A stretch of DNA of 35,982 bases from Thainema sp. (GTDB lineage: Bacteria; Cyanobacteriota; Cyanobacteriia; Phormidesmidales; Phormidesmidaceae): assembly GCA_052168235.1 (NCBI GenBank), contig JBQLZK010000069.1, positions 1-35,982 on the forward strand, read 5' to 3'. Shown in pieces: positions 20,001-28,682 of the stretch. The notes under the pieces were generated by a model. It searched no databases, was not told the DNA's origin, and saw only the letters and a list, made by a program, of their open reading frames with translations. A program made the translations under genes and the position numbers. The first letter of the stretch is position 1. Each line of letters starts with the position of its first letter.

Positions 20001-20752
20001 AACATTGCGCTGGTGGGGCTGGGTTTAAGCTGTTGTAAAAACCGCTCCACTTTTTCAGTCGTAAAGTCCACTCCGACGACGCCTTGTAGAGACTCGTTTG
20101 AGCTGAAGTAGGGACGAACGAAGCTAATGCCAAATGTGGGTTCATCATCAGCATCAACAAACTCGTATACTTCCGTCCAAGCGGGTTGGCCGGAGCTGAC
20201 TGCGACTTGATACCAAGGGCGCTGACGTGGCTCATACGTGCTCGTGCGCAAAAAGTCGCCGACCTGACCATCGGTTGAGATTGCGTAGGTGATAGCTAGA
20301 TTGTTGGTCTGCTGATTTTTGATGCTGAATTCAAAGCGATTGTCCGGCAGTTTATAAATCTCGACATAATCCCCTTGGGTGTTGCCGTAATAAATATAGT
20401 TAACCGCTGGGAATCGCTGACTTTGACGGATCAGATGAGGAGCCCAGCTATTCAAACTTGTTGGATCAAGCTGTTCTATCTCCAGAGCATCAATATTCCG
20501 CTGGGTAATCAGAGGCGGTATCGAGGTATAGGTTCTTAACCGATCATTGAGCCGATCGCTGGTTTCGTTCAGTAGGCGATAAGCCAGTGACTGTAACGCT
20601 TGCTGACCATTCCGGTGCGCTAGCCAACCCGTGACGGTAACGGCAATAAAAACCTGCGCCACGAACGGAATGATCAACAGCGATCGCAACGAGACCCGCA
20701 ATGGAGGCTGCTGTGGTTGTGGTTGTGGTGAGGATTGCGGGGCCAAATTCAT
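17015..20752 (-). CDS. Hybrid sensor histidine kinase (TM-Cache-TM-HAMP-PAS-HisKA-HATPase-REC)
   Basis: PRQRPWY (Cache), GIWDW...IHPDD (PAS), FLANMSHELRTPLN (H box), NLLSNALKFT, DTGYGI, GTGLGL, and a WMDMRMP receiver. Confidence 0.93.
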   Translation of the reverse strand: MNLAPQSSPQPQPQQPPLRVSLRSLLIIPFVAQVFIAVTVTGWLAHRNGQQALQSLAYRLLNETSDRLNDRLRTYTSIPPLITQRNIDALEIEQLDPTSLNSWAPHLIRQSQRFPAVNYIYYGNTQGDYVEIYKLPDNRFEFSIKNQQTNNLAITYAISTDGQVGDFLRTSTYEPRQRPWYQVAVSSGQPAWTEVYEFVDADDEPTFGISFVRPYFSSNESLQGVVGVDFTTEKVERFLQQLKPSPTSAMFIIEPDGTVVASSTESHSTADITPTDATDAASNTATYPFTHSPSTNSSSTNPPLTSPPSTNNSQPTHPILQRTTQQLLTQFQDLSEIKTRQQLMFRTEGEVYWVQVRPFSDRYGLNWLGVSILPQSDFTAQIQANTRNTILFCLLALVTSTGMSLVVAHWISRPMQRLGLASQAIAEGQRHDPITPSRIREMNLLVQGFNHMMANLSQSRSQLEAYSQQLEALVEQRTHELRQSEERWQLAIRGNNDGIWDWKVSEDEIFYSKRFKEILGFQDDEFPNQRVHWVMRIHPDDLDGMMQAIDQHLSGHTEYYQAEYRLLNKSGQYTWILDRGRALFDVEGLPIRMTGSHTDISDRKQQENALRMANIALDQAKQIAETANQAKSEFLANMSHELRTPLNAILGFSRLMAQDISLSSTQKENLNIINRSGEHLLELINDVLDMSKIEAGYNTLHMTHFNLHQLLTDISNMFELRAHEKGINLILDTDANLPVYIQADAGKLRQVLVNLLSNALKFTKEGTIALRSRTLSSADSTGTTTHINTNINIDIHADIKSDNNADSDLDLRTDSHIDKNTEKDIYTRLNIDTDITTGKSFNITANSSTHLNLHLDLEVNTNSAEITSHTDAKITDAKTDAKADENSRKSIEPIESSNHSPLILLFEVQDTGYGIEADDMPKIFEAFVQSEVGLNTRSGTGLGLPITQKFVELMGGQITVTSRDMTYAPRQPNARPVLSSQADCMIGSRFCFTIQAAPGSPTSVENLLPKRQIIGLAKGETPRRILIAEDRWESRHLLQQILSPLGFKIKTAENGREAVEIWEQWNPELIWMDMRMPVMDGYQATRYIRSHIKGQATAIIALTASGLDSERAFILSAGCNDYVRKPFQESLILEKIAEHIGVRYDYREINQSTISPRLQPVDDCAEQLKQHLTHLPFEWVKSLWQAAKVADNDLIIDLIQSQKNINPQLSIIIQNIIDHFRYDILIQVTSEKLNLECQSTESECQ

Positions 20753-20974
20753 CGCGATAGTGAAAATTTGGTGGAGATTTGGTCATTGCAACCGATCTTA
20801 ATGTTTTTTATTCAGCGAAGCATACGTGTTAGCGCGAACCAGTCATATGTACTAATGTGATCTCCACGTTTTTTAACCCGCGAATTTACGGATTGTATTT
20901 AAGCTGACAAAGTTGCTGAGTGCTAAGCATTGATGGCTGAGTGAAATGAAACTTGCTTTTGCTTTACGCTTTGA

Positions 20975-21021
20975 AACTAGAAACCGGAGAGCGTTTGCCA
21001 AACACCCCCCGGTTTCTAGTT
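20975..21021. terminator. Long hairpin downstream of the desaturase gene (terminator or repeat)
   Basis: AACTAGAAACCGG (20975-20987) / CCGGTTTCTAGTT (21009-21021), with further internal pairing. Confidence 0.55.
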
Positions 21022-21155
21022 CTTGAGTTCTATCCTGAGACGGTATCTCAAGACAAGTTCAAAACTAAACGTGCAATATCGTTTTCCTGAATCGTAGCTG
21101 CAACCAGTTAATTCCTACCACTCAGTCCTCAGCAGCCAGCACTCTTAGTAGGCTC

Positions 21156-22007
21156 CTACTGTGCTGTAGGTGATTTCTGGGGCGGCATGACGACTTTGCG
21201 GGCGAGGCCAACCTGCTTCAGCAGCCAAATGGCCCACCAGGTGACATCTAGTTCCCACCAGCGCCAGCCCGCTTTGGCTACATTGGGATAGGCGTGGTGG
21301 TTATTGTGCCAGCCTTCCCCATAGGTGAAAATGGCGGCCCACCAGAGGTTGCGTGAGTTGTCGTCGCTCTCAAACGTGCGATAGCCCCACATATGGGTGA
21401 CGGAGTTGATCATCCAGGTGGTGTGCCAAAGCAAAACAGCTCGCAGAAACACACCGTAGATCACAAACGACCAGCCGCCCAGAACGTAGAGCAGGAGAGC
21501 GATTGGAATCTGGAGCAAGAAAAAGTAGCGATTCAGCCAGCGGTAGAATGGATCGCGCACTAGGTCAGGCGCAAAGCGCTGGTACTGCTCATACTCAAAG
21601 AATTCAGACCGAGGATAAAAAATCCACAGCATGTGGCTCCACCAAAAGCCCTTGCGAGCCGAATAGGGATCTTTCTCCTCATCTTCGGTAAAGCCGTGAT
21701 GCAAACGGTGTCCGGCAGCCCAGAAGATGGGGCCACCTTGAAGCGCTGACGCACCGATCAGTGCGATCGCATATTCTAGCCATTTGGGTACCTGAAAACT
21801 CCGGTGGCTCAGCAGCCGATGATAGCCCAGGCAAATGCCAATGCTGCCAAACAGCCAGTGCAGGAACAGCATGACGCCCAGGGCTGACCAGGAAAAGAAC
21901 CAGGGAGCTAATAGGGCGAGAGCGTGAATACTCGCGAAAAAGGCTACAGCAGCCCAATCTAACCTCAGTTTTTCCTGGGGCGCTGTAGGTACGTGATTCG
22001 ATGTCAT
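21156..22007 (-). CDS. desF: Delta-9-type acyl-lipid desaturase (DesC family); DesF-like by low-oxygen cluster context
   Basis: His boxes HRLLSH, HRLHH and HNNHH; located at the end of ho2-hemN-bchE. The paralogue name is from context only. Confidence 0.75.
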   Translation of the reverse strand: MTSNHVPTAPQEKLRLDWAAVAFFASIHALALLAPWFFSWSALGVMLFLHWLFGSIGICLGYHRLLSHRSFQVPKWLEYAIALIGASALQGGPIFWAAGHRLHHGFTEDEEKDPYSARKGFWWSHMLWIFYPRSEFFEYEQYQRFAPDLVRDPFYRWLNRYFFLLQIPIALLLYVLGGWSFVIYGVFLRAVLLWHTTWMINSVTHMWGYRTFESDDNSRNLWWAAIFTYGEGWHNNHHAYPNVAKAGWRWWELDVTWWAIWLLKQVGLARKVVMPPQKSPTAQ

Positions 22008-22066
22008 TCAGATTTCCTCTACCACACAAATTTCAGTTGTTTTTTGTATTACGTCTTGCATCCGGA

Positions 22067-22355
22067 AGATTCCCCCTAGCCCCCCTTTTAAGGGTATTCA
22101 TATACTTGGCGCATCATAGTAAGTCATCTCGCTGCCCTCACCCTAAATCCCTCTCCCACGGGGCGAGGAACTTTCGATCCGGCTCCCCTTCTCCCGCAAG
22201 GAGAAGGGGCTGGGGGATGAGGGCAAGCAGTCGATGCTTCAAGTCAGTTATTACCTTAAAAAGAGGGGAATTGGGTTTGTAGGTATGACTTTGCTTAGAA
22301 CAAGGGGAGGATTGACTCAAAGTCCCCCCTTTTTAAGGGGGATTTAGGGGGATCT
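22067..22355. mobile_element. Nested cyanobacterial short dispersed repeats / MITE
   Basis: Outer GATTCCCCCTAGCCCCCCTT...AAGTCCCCCCTTTTTAAGGGGGATTTAGGGGGATC element, split by a unit with imperfect TIRs (about 22088-22259) that holds a CCCTCACCCTAAATCCCTCTCCC...GGGGATGAGGG core (22134-22224). Confidence 0.75.
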
Positions 22356-22430
22356 CAATGCCGAAACGAAGCTAAGAGACTGGACACATTCGGCAGCCTT
22401 TGATGCAAGTTAGGTGCCAGATAACAAGAG

Positions 22431-24530
22431 CTACGCGCCTGCCACAGTTACAGGTTCCGGGAGATTCGCGATCGCAGGATCGCGATAGCTGCCTGTGCGA
22501 TAAGTCGTTCGCACGGCCTCGGCTAGCTGCTGGATAGGCGCAGTTTTGAGACAGACCGCATCGGCTCCGGCTGCGATCGCATCTGCCAACAGCGACTGCT
22601 GATCGGGATGGGCCAGAACGAGAATCCGGGAAGGCGTGACGTAGGATGTAGTCTGCACCTTGCGGGCCATGCGGATGAACTTGGCGATATCCATATCGGG
22701 CAGCGTGGCATCGACCACGGCTACGTCGATATCGATGGATTCCAGCAGCACCAGCCCGGTTTCGGCATTGGTGGCTTCGCTGGCCACTTCAATACCGGAT
22801 TGCGATCGCAGATTAACCCGCAGATCAATCCGCGTTTGCTGCTCATCCTCCACGATGGCTGTTTGAATTACCGCATGGAACGGCTGGAGCCGCGTGGGCT
22901 GCGTCTCGCACTCCGGCAGCTCCGGCAGGTCATTGGGCGCACCGCAGGCGGAAATCGTCCCTTCAATGGTGCCTTGAAGCGTGCCTTCAACTGCGCCTTG
23001 AACTGTACCTTCGAAGTTCACGTCAGCCCCCTGATGCTGCCGGAGCTGCGCCATTTGGTCGGCAGTGAGAATGCGGGACTCGTCAAAGCCAAACTCAATT
23101 TCTGTGTGCAGCCCTTTCTGCTTGACGCGGGTCAAGTTGTAGAACCGCTTGTTCAGCGTCGTCTTGACGAAGGCCCAGAGGCAGCCCAGCAGATACCGTC
23201 GCTTAAACGGATCGCGCTCAAACCAATACTCCAAGAACTTCCAGGAGTAGAAGCGGGCATAGTTGCGCAGCACCCCCTTCAGCACCTCTTCCCGCGTCAT
23301 ATTGTCCGGCTTGATGATTGGCGTAACGAAGTTGTAGTGCGAGTAGTCGCGAATCTCAACTTTGTCCTGCAAATCCTGGAACAGCTCAGAGAAGGGCCAA
23401 GGGGTGTACATGTTCCAGTTGGTCATGTCAGCTTTCCAGTCCCGCGCCATCAGATAGGTTTCTTCAATGGTTTCGGGAGTCTCGCTGGGCAGACCCATGA
23501 TGAACTGCACTTCGGCCAGAATGCCGTTTTCCCGCAGGAGCTGCACGGCTCGCTTGTTGTCAGCAATCGTCGTTTCCTTGCGGAACAGGTTCAGGTTGAG
23601 CTGAGCGGCTGCTTCGGTGCCAAGCGATACATGCACCAGCCCCGCCTTGCGATAGAGCGGCAGCTCCTTCTCATCGCGCAGCACGTCGGTGACTCGGGTA
23701 TTGATGCCCCAGTGAACGCCCAGATCGCGCTCAATCAGCTCATGACACAGGGCAATGAAGCGCGACTTATTAATCGTCGGCTCCTCGTCAGCCAGAATGA
23801 AAAAGCCGACGTTATAGTCCTTCACCAGCCGCTCAATCTCGTCCACAAAGTTCTTGGGCGAACGAGAGCGGTATTTGCGCCAGAACTTCCACTGGGAGCA
23901 GAAGCGGCAGCGGAACGGGCAGCCCCGTGCATAGTTGGGCACGGCCACCCGCGTATTTAGCGGCGTGTAGATGTACTTGTCCCAATCCAGCAAATCCCAG
24001 TCCGGCGTGAGGGTGTCTAGATTTTGGATCGGTGGATGAGCTGGCGTGGCCACCACCTGACCCTCATCCAAGAAGGCAATGCCCAGAATCTCACGACGAT
24101 CCTGCTCGTCTGTGCCATTTGCGATCGCACGCAGCAGGTTAACCGTAATCTCTTCGCCTTCCCCCCGAATGATGTAGTCAATCCACGGGGCTTCATGCAG
24201 CACCTCCCGATACATGTAGGTGGGATGAACACCTCCCATAATGGCTTTGGCCGAGGGGCACACCTCTTTGACTAGCCGCAGCGTACTCTGCGACTTGTAG
24301 ATCATCGGCGTGATCGCCGTTGCCAGCACTACATCCGGTTGATAGGCTCGAATCTCTGCCGCCAGCTCCGCATCATCAATGTAGTTGCTCATGGCATCAA
24401 TGAAGCGAACCTGATCAAAGCCTGCTGCCTTCAGTGCTCCACCGACATAGGGCACCCAACTGGGCGGCCAATTCCCAGCAATTTCAGCTCCGCCAGAGTG
24501 ATAATTGGGTTGAATCATCAGGATACGCAT
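22431..24530 (-). CDS. bchE: Anaerobic Mg-protoporphyrin IX monomethyl ester oxidative cyclase (B12-dependent radical SAM) with a C-terminal receiver domain
   Basis: BchE-type N-terminus PNYHSGGAEIAGNWPP; CPFRCRFC; ILADEEP; LGTEAAAQ; C-terminal AIVED...VVD..LP...CLK REC fold. Confidence 0.92.
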   Translation of the reverse strand: MRILMIQPNYHSGGAEIAGNWPPSWVPYVGGALKAAGFDQVRFIDAMSNYIDDAELAAEIRAYQPDVVLATAITPMIYKSQSTLRLVKEVCPSAKAIMGGVHPTYMYREVLHEAPWIDYIIRGEGEEITVNLLRAIANGTDEQDRREILGIAFLDEGQVVATPAHPPIQNLDTLTPDWDLLDWDKYIYTPLNTRVAVPNYARGCPFRCRFCSQWKFWRKYRSRSPKNFVDEIERLVKDYNVGFFILADEEPTINKSRFIALCHELIERDLGVHWGINTRVTDVLRDEKELPLYRKAGLVHVSLGTEAAAQLNLNLFRKETTIADNKRAVQLLRENGILAEVQFIMGLPSETPETIEETYLMARDWKADMTNWNMYTPWPFSELFQDLQDKVEIRDYSHYNFVTPIIKPDNMTREEVLKGVLRNYARFYSWKFLEYWFERDPFKRRYLLGCLWAFVKTTLNKRFYNLTRVKQKGLHTEIEFGFDESRILTADQMAQLRQHQGADVNFEGTVQGAVEGTLQGTIEGTISACGAPNDLPELPECETQPTRLQPFHAVIQTAIVEDEQQTRIDLRVNLRSQSGIEVASEATNAETGLVLLESIDIDVAVVDATLPDMDIAKFIRMARKVQTTSYVTPSRILVLAHPDQQSLLADAIAAGADAVCLKTAPIQQLAEAVRTTYRTGSYRDPAIANLPEPVTVAGA

Positions 24531-24566
24531 GATCGATCCTCCTGAGTTAGGTCAAAAAGTTGGCGT

Positions 24567-25952
24567 TTAAATTGCTCTAGAGAAATTGGCAATAATGCGA
24601 TCGCGCAGGTAAGCATCAAATACAGCGGCAATATTGCGAATGAGCAAGCGGCCAGCCGAGGTTACGTCGATAGCATCGGCATATACTCTAACTAAGCCAT
24701 CGGCTTCCAGTGCTTTCAGGTCAGCTAATTCCGGCTCAAAGTAGGCATCAAAATCGAGGTGATATTTCGCTTCAATCTCTGATTTGGAGAGACCAAAGTG
24801 GCACATCAGCTGCATGATCACCTCACGGCGAATGATGTCATCGCGGTGCAGATTAATTCCTTTTTCAATCGGTGGCTGTTCCTGATCGATGGCTTGATAG
24901 TAGTCCCGCAGCTGCTTGTGGTTTTGGATATAAGCATCGTGCAGCATACTGATGGAGGTTAAACCAAAGCCCAGCAGCTCCGCATTGGGCTGGGTGGTGT
25001 AGCCCTGGAAGTTCCGTTTTAGCAAGCCATTGCGCTGCGCCACTGCCAGCTCATCATCCGGCTTGGCGAAGTGATCCATACCGATATAGTAATAGCCACT
25101 GCGGGTCAATTCTGCGATCGCCATTTGCAGAATGTCTAGCTTTTCTTGACCAGAGGGCAGAGCAGCTTCGTCAATATTTTTCTGTACGGGCTTCAGCCAG
25201 GGCACATAGGCAAAGTTGAAGATCGCCAGCCGATCAGGATTTAAATCAACTGTATTTTGAATCGTTTCTTCAAAGGTTTGCAGAGATTGATGGGGCAGTC
25301 CGTAGATCAGATCAACGTTAACGCTGTCATACTTAGCCTGCCGAATCCAGTCCATGACGTTAAACAACAGTTCTTCCGGCTGCACCCGATTAACGGCGGC
25401 CTGCACCTTGGGATTGAAGTCCTGAATCCCAAAGCTAATCCGGTTAAAGCCTATCTCCCGCAGGGCTTGAATATAGGCTTGGTCAACGTAGCGGGGATTA
25501 ATTTCAATTGAAATTTCGGCTTCCGGTGCAAAGTGGAAATGACGATTAATCACATTCCACAGCAGCTTAACCTGTTCAATCGTCAGATAGTTAGGCGTGC
25601 CGCCGCCCCAGTGCATCTGCACCACGGGCTTTTCGGTGTTTAGTCTAGCGGCTGTTTGCTGAATGTCTTTAATTAAATATTCAAGATAATTTAAAGCGAT
25701 GTTCTTATTATTGGAAACAATAACGTTGCATCCACAGAAATAGCAGGCGCTTTGGCAAAACGGAATATGCACATACAGCGACAGCGGCGACGAACGCTGA
25801 TTAAGGGCTGTAATCGCCTGTTTGTGGTCAAAAGCGCTATAGTCCGGGCGCAATTCGGTGGCGGGTGGATAGCTGGTGTATCGCGGTAAGGGCTGATCGT
25901 ACTTTTTGAGTAACTCCGTGTCGAATTGCACAGTGGGCAACAGATATTTCAT
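24567..25952 (-). CDS. hemN: Oxygen-independent coproporphyrinogen III oxidase
   Basis: PRYTSYP, HIPFCQSACYFCGC, HWGGGTP, IGMDHFA and RNFQGY motifs. Confidence 0.96.
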   Translation of the reverse strand: MKYLLPTVQFDTELLKKYDQPLPRYTSYPPATELRPDYSAFDHKQAITALNQRSSPLSLYVHIPFCQSACYFCGCNVIVSNNKNIALNYLEYLIKDIQQTAARLNTEKPVVQMHWGGGTPNYLTIEQVKLLWNVINRHFHFAPEAEISIEINPRYVDQAYIQALREIGFNRISFGIQDFNPKVQAAVNRVQPEELLFNVMDWIRQAKYDSVNVDLIYGLPHQSLQTFEETIQNTVDLNPDRLAIFNFAYVPWLKPVQKNIDEAALPSGQEKLDILQMAIAELTRSGYYYIGMDHFAKPDDELAVAQRNGLLKRNFQGYTTQPNAELLGFGLTSISMLHDAYIQNHKQLRDYYQAIDQEQPPIEKGINLHRDDIIRREVIMQLMCHFGLSKSEIEAKYHLDFDAYFEPELADLKALEADGLVRVYADAIDVTSAGRLLIRNIAAVFDAYLRDRIIANFSRAI

Positions 25953-26002
25953 GTGGATGGTTTCTCCTTTGGGGTAATAGTTAGGCGCGTCAAGGTGTAG
26001 GG

Positions 26003-26152
26003 GGTGACTGACAATCTGTTCCCCTCATCCCCCACCCCCTTCTCCCACAAGGGAAGAAGGGGAGCCGCACAATCAGATTTAGTTTTCAAAGTCCCTCTCC
26101 CGCTCTGGGAGAGGGATTTAGGGTGAGGGCTAAAAACTTGTGCCAGTCAACC
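26003..26152. mobile_element. MITE-like element carrying the same core repeat as 22134-22224, in inverted orientation
   Basis: Ends GGTGACTGACAA / TTGTGCCAGTCAACC; core CCCTCATCCCCC...GGGAGAGGGATTTAGGGTGAGGG. Confidence 0.72.
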
Positions 26153-26186
26153 AGCTTGTAGTAGCGCGGCCAGCTTAATTTGCTGG

Positions 26187-26360
26187 GTAAGGTGGGCAGT
26201 GCCCACTCTACAAGATCGCTGTTTTAAGGAATGGGACAACCCCGCATTTTAGGCGTGTCGCGCTAGTAGGTTGGGTTGAGCAAAGCGAAACCCAACAGAT
26301 GCGAAGAGGTGTTGGGTTTCCAAGACGTATCAAGACCTATATGGTGAGCGATGCCCACCC
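26187..26360. repeat. Cluster of REP-like hairpins
   Basis: GGTGGGCAgTGCCCAC (26191), GTAGGTTGGGTTGAGCAAAGCGAAACCCAAC (26266-26296) with a GTTGGGTTTC partner, and GGTGAGCGATGCCCACC (26343). Confidence 0.65.
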
Positions 26361-26369
26361 GATGACAAC

Positions 26370-27128
26370 CTAAGCCGTGTATTCGGGAACAGGGGCTGGA
26401 TGGGAACCTGCGGCAGGTCGCTCTGTTGCACCGGGGATATTTTGACGGGTTAGCAGATCGAAAACATGTTCGCCGATTGCCGCTCTCACGTCGTCTTCCA
26501 GATCATGCACCACATCTCGATTTAGCGTGAATGCATAGTTCGCTTCATCGACAATTCGCTGAATAGTGGCATCATCAATTGGCAGCGAATTCATCGCATC
26601 GCGATAGACACCTTTGAAAGCGCGCTGTGCTTCGACGGTTGGCAACTCCTCAAAATCGTGCAGCCCCGTACCCTGACCTTCCGGTAGATTCAGCGCTGAA
26701 CGAATGATGCGTTTTAGTGCCTGCCCACCCGACAGATCGCCCATGTAGCGAGTGTAAGCGTGGGCAATCAGCAATGCCGGATCGGTGTTAGCAATTTCGT
26801 GAATCCGTTTTACATAGACCTCACCAGCCGGTAAGGGTTCAATCTGCTCTTCCCAGTTTTCACCATAGTAAAAGACTAAATCCCGCTCTAGGTTGGCGGT
26901 GCGATTCAGCTCTGGGAAATACATTGGGCCAACGGCGGGGTGATCCTGATGGCGGCGCATTTCAGTTTCCAGCGCGTTGTAGACCATGTATAGATTGGCT
27001 AACAGCTTCCGAAACGGCTCTCGTTCGACAATGCCCTTCAGGAAACATTTCATATAAGCGGTATTCTCGGCAGCGGTATGAGACTGTTGCGTTCCTTCTC
27101 GTAGGCGCTGGGCTAAATCACAAGTCAT
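26370..27128 (-). CDS. ho2: Heme oxygenase (biliverdin-producing), low-oxygen paralogue
   Basis: LREGT..SHT.AEN and AHAYTRYMGDLSGGQ motifs; AGAGG RBS before ATG 27128; lies upstream of hemN. Confidence 0.9.
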   Translation of the reverse strand: MTCDLAQRLREGTQQSHTAAENTAYMKCFLKGIVEREPFRKLLANLYMVYNALETEMRRHQDHPAVGPMYFPELNRTANLERDLVFYYGENWEEQIEPLPAGEVYVKRIHEIANTDPALLIAHAYTRYMGDLSGGQALKRIIRSALNLPEGQGTGLHDFEELPTVEAQRAFKGVYRDAMNSLPIDDATIQRIVDEANYAFTLNRDVVHDLEDDVRAAIGEHVFDLLTRQNIPGATERPAAGSHPAPVPEYTA

Positions 27129-27483
27129 GCGAGTACCTCTAGTTGCTTGGCATCTCTTCATCGCAAACTTTATAACTATTGAGTGATTAAAGTCAATATT
27201 TTGCGATCGCAAATCTCCCTAAATCTGATCAAATCTCCCTAAATCCCATCCTGTAGGATAACTATCTGACCATTCCGAAATCAGTGCAATCTCTTTCATT
27301 ACAAGCTTACAAGCGATTTAGACCCCAAAAGAAGTTCAACAGAATACTTGACCCACAGTTTGATGAACTGAGAACACCGTCAAAAAACTTTATCTATCTT
27401 TACAGCTCAAGCACTAGTCGATAGTAGAGACAGGCTGTACTATAACCAAATAGTTATTAAGTTTACTTAGCGGATTTGAATCT

Positions 27484-28554
27484 ATGGTCAATCTGTCTCA
27501 GCCCACTCTCGACACTACAGCTACCAAGACAACGGCCATCCGGGAGAACATCCTCACGCCCCGGTTCTACACAACCGACTTTGATAAGACGGCAACCTTA
27601 GACCTATCCAGCCAAGAGGTTGAGCTACAGGCCATGCTGGATGAAATGCGGGCTGACTATAACCGCTATCACTTTGTCCGCGACGAGTCGTTTAACCAAT
27701 CCTGGGATCACATCACCGGAGAAGCGCGGAAAGCGTTTATTGATTACCTAGAGCGCTCCTGTGTGTCGGAATTCTCCGGTTTCCTGCTCTTTAAAGAACT
27801 CTCGCGCAAGCTGAAAACCCGCAGCCCCATCCTGTCGGAAATGTTTCACCTGATGGCGCGGGATGAAGCGCGGCACGCCGGATTCCTGAATAAGGCAATG
27901 GCCGACTTTGGCTGCACGATGGATTTGGCCTATCTGACTAAGAATCGGGTCTACACCTTCTTCCCTATTGAATGGGTGCTCTACACGGTTTACCTGTCCG
28001 AGAAAATTGGCTACTGGCGCTACATCATTATCTATCGCCATCTCGAAAAGCACCCCGAAAATCAGTTCTACCCACTGTTCCGCTACTTTGAGAGCTGGTG
28101 TCAAGACGAGAACCGCCACGGTGATATTTTTAAGGCATTGTTGCGATCGCAACCCCAGCTTTGGAAAACCTGGCGCTCTCGCTTGTGGAGTCGCTTCTTC
28201 TTACTGACCGTGTTTGCTACTCACACGCTGACGGTGCATGAGCGGAGCGATTTCTACCGCACACTGGGCCTTGACCCGACCGAATTTGACGAAGAAGTGA
28301 TTCGCCAAACTAATGACACTGCCGCACGGGCATTTCCCTCTGTGCTTAACACCGAGCATCCCGAATTCTTCGATCGCCTACGCCGCTGTTCGGATATCAA
28401 TTTACGCATTTCTGAGATCAATGCCTCATCGCAACCTAAGTGGTTAAAAACATTGCGGAAGCTGCCGTTGATTAGTGCGATCGCAGGTCATCTACTGCGA
28501 ATTTACCTGCTAAAACCTATTGATGCAGAAGCATTGCGAGGTACAGTGCGCTAA
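27484..28554 (+). CDS. acsF: Aerobic Mg-protoporphyrin IX monomethyl ester cyclase, probably the micro-oxic paralogue (AcsF-II/ChlAII)
   Basis: LTPRFYTTDF, EFSGFLL, DEARHAG, YLSEKIGYWRY and DENRHG di-iron motifs; clustered with ho2 and hemN. Confidence 0.94.
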   Translation: MVNLSQPTLDTTATKTTAIRENILTPRFYTTDFDKTATLDLSSQEVELQAMLDEMRADYNRYHFVRDESFNQSWDHITGEARKAFIDYLERSCVSEFSGFLLFKELSRKLKTRSPILSEMFHLMARDEARHAGFLNKAMADFGCTMDLAYLTKNRVYTFFPIEWVLYTVYLSEKIGYWRYIIIYRHLEKHPENQFYPLFRYFESWCQDENRHGDIFKALLRSQPQLWKTWRSRLWSRFFLLTVFATHTLTVHERSDFYRTLGLDPTEFDEEVIRQTNDTAARAFPSVLNTEHPEFFDRLRRCSDINLRISEINASSQPKWLKTLRKLPLISAIAGHLLRIYLLKPIDAEALRGTVR

Positions 28555-28590
28555 CCGTTTAATCCTAAATTTTTGTGATAAATAGGAGAG

Positions 28591-28628
28591 GGCATATGCT
28601 GACAACATTCGGTTAGCATATGCTTTTT
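28591..28628 (+). terminator. Rho-independent terminator after acsF
   Basis: GCATATGCTGAC...GTTAGCATATGC followed by TTTTT. Confidence 0.65.
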
Positions 28629-28682
28629 CATGCTTAAAGCAGATGATGAGCTAGTCGAAAGCCAGCTTTGGCAGTAGGTGCA

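Noticed and set aside
22001..22320. 93-aa and 60-aa ORFs between the desaturase gene and bchE
   Set aside because: They are translations of the dispersed repeat element.
22608..23960. 450-aa ORF on the + strand
   Set aside because: Antisense shadow of the GC-rich bchE gene; no recognisable motifs.
27129..27212. N-terminal extension of ho2 in the ORF track
   Set aside because: Starts at TTG without support; ATG 27128 has an RBS and matches the usual heme oxygenase start.
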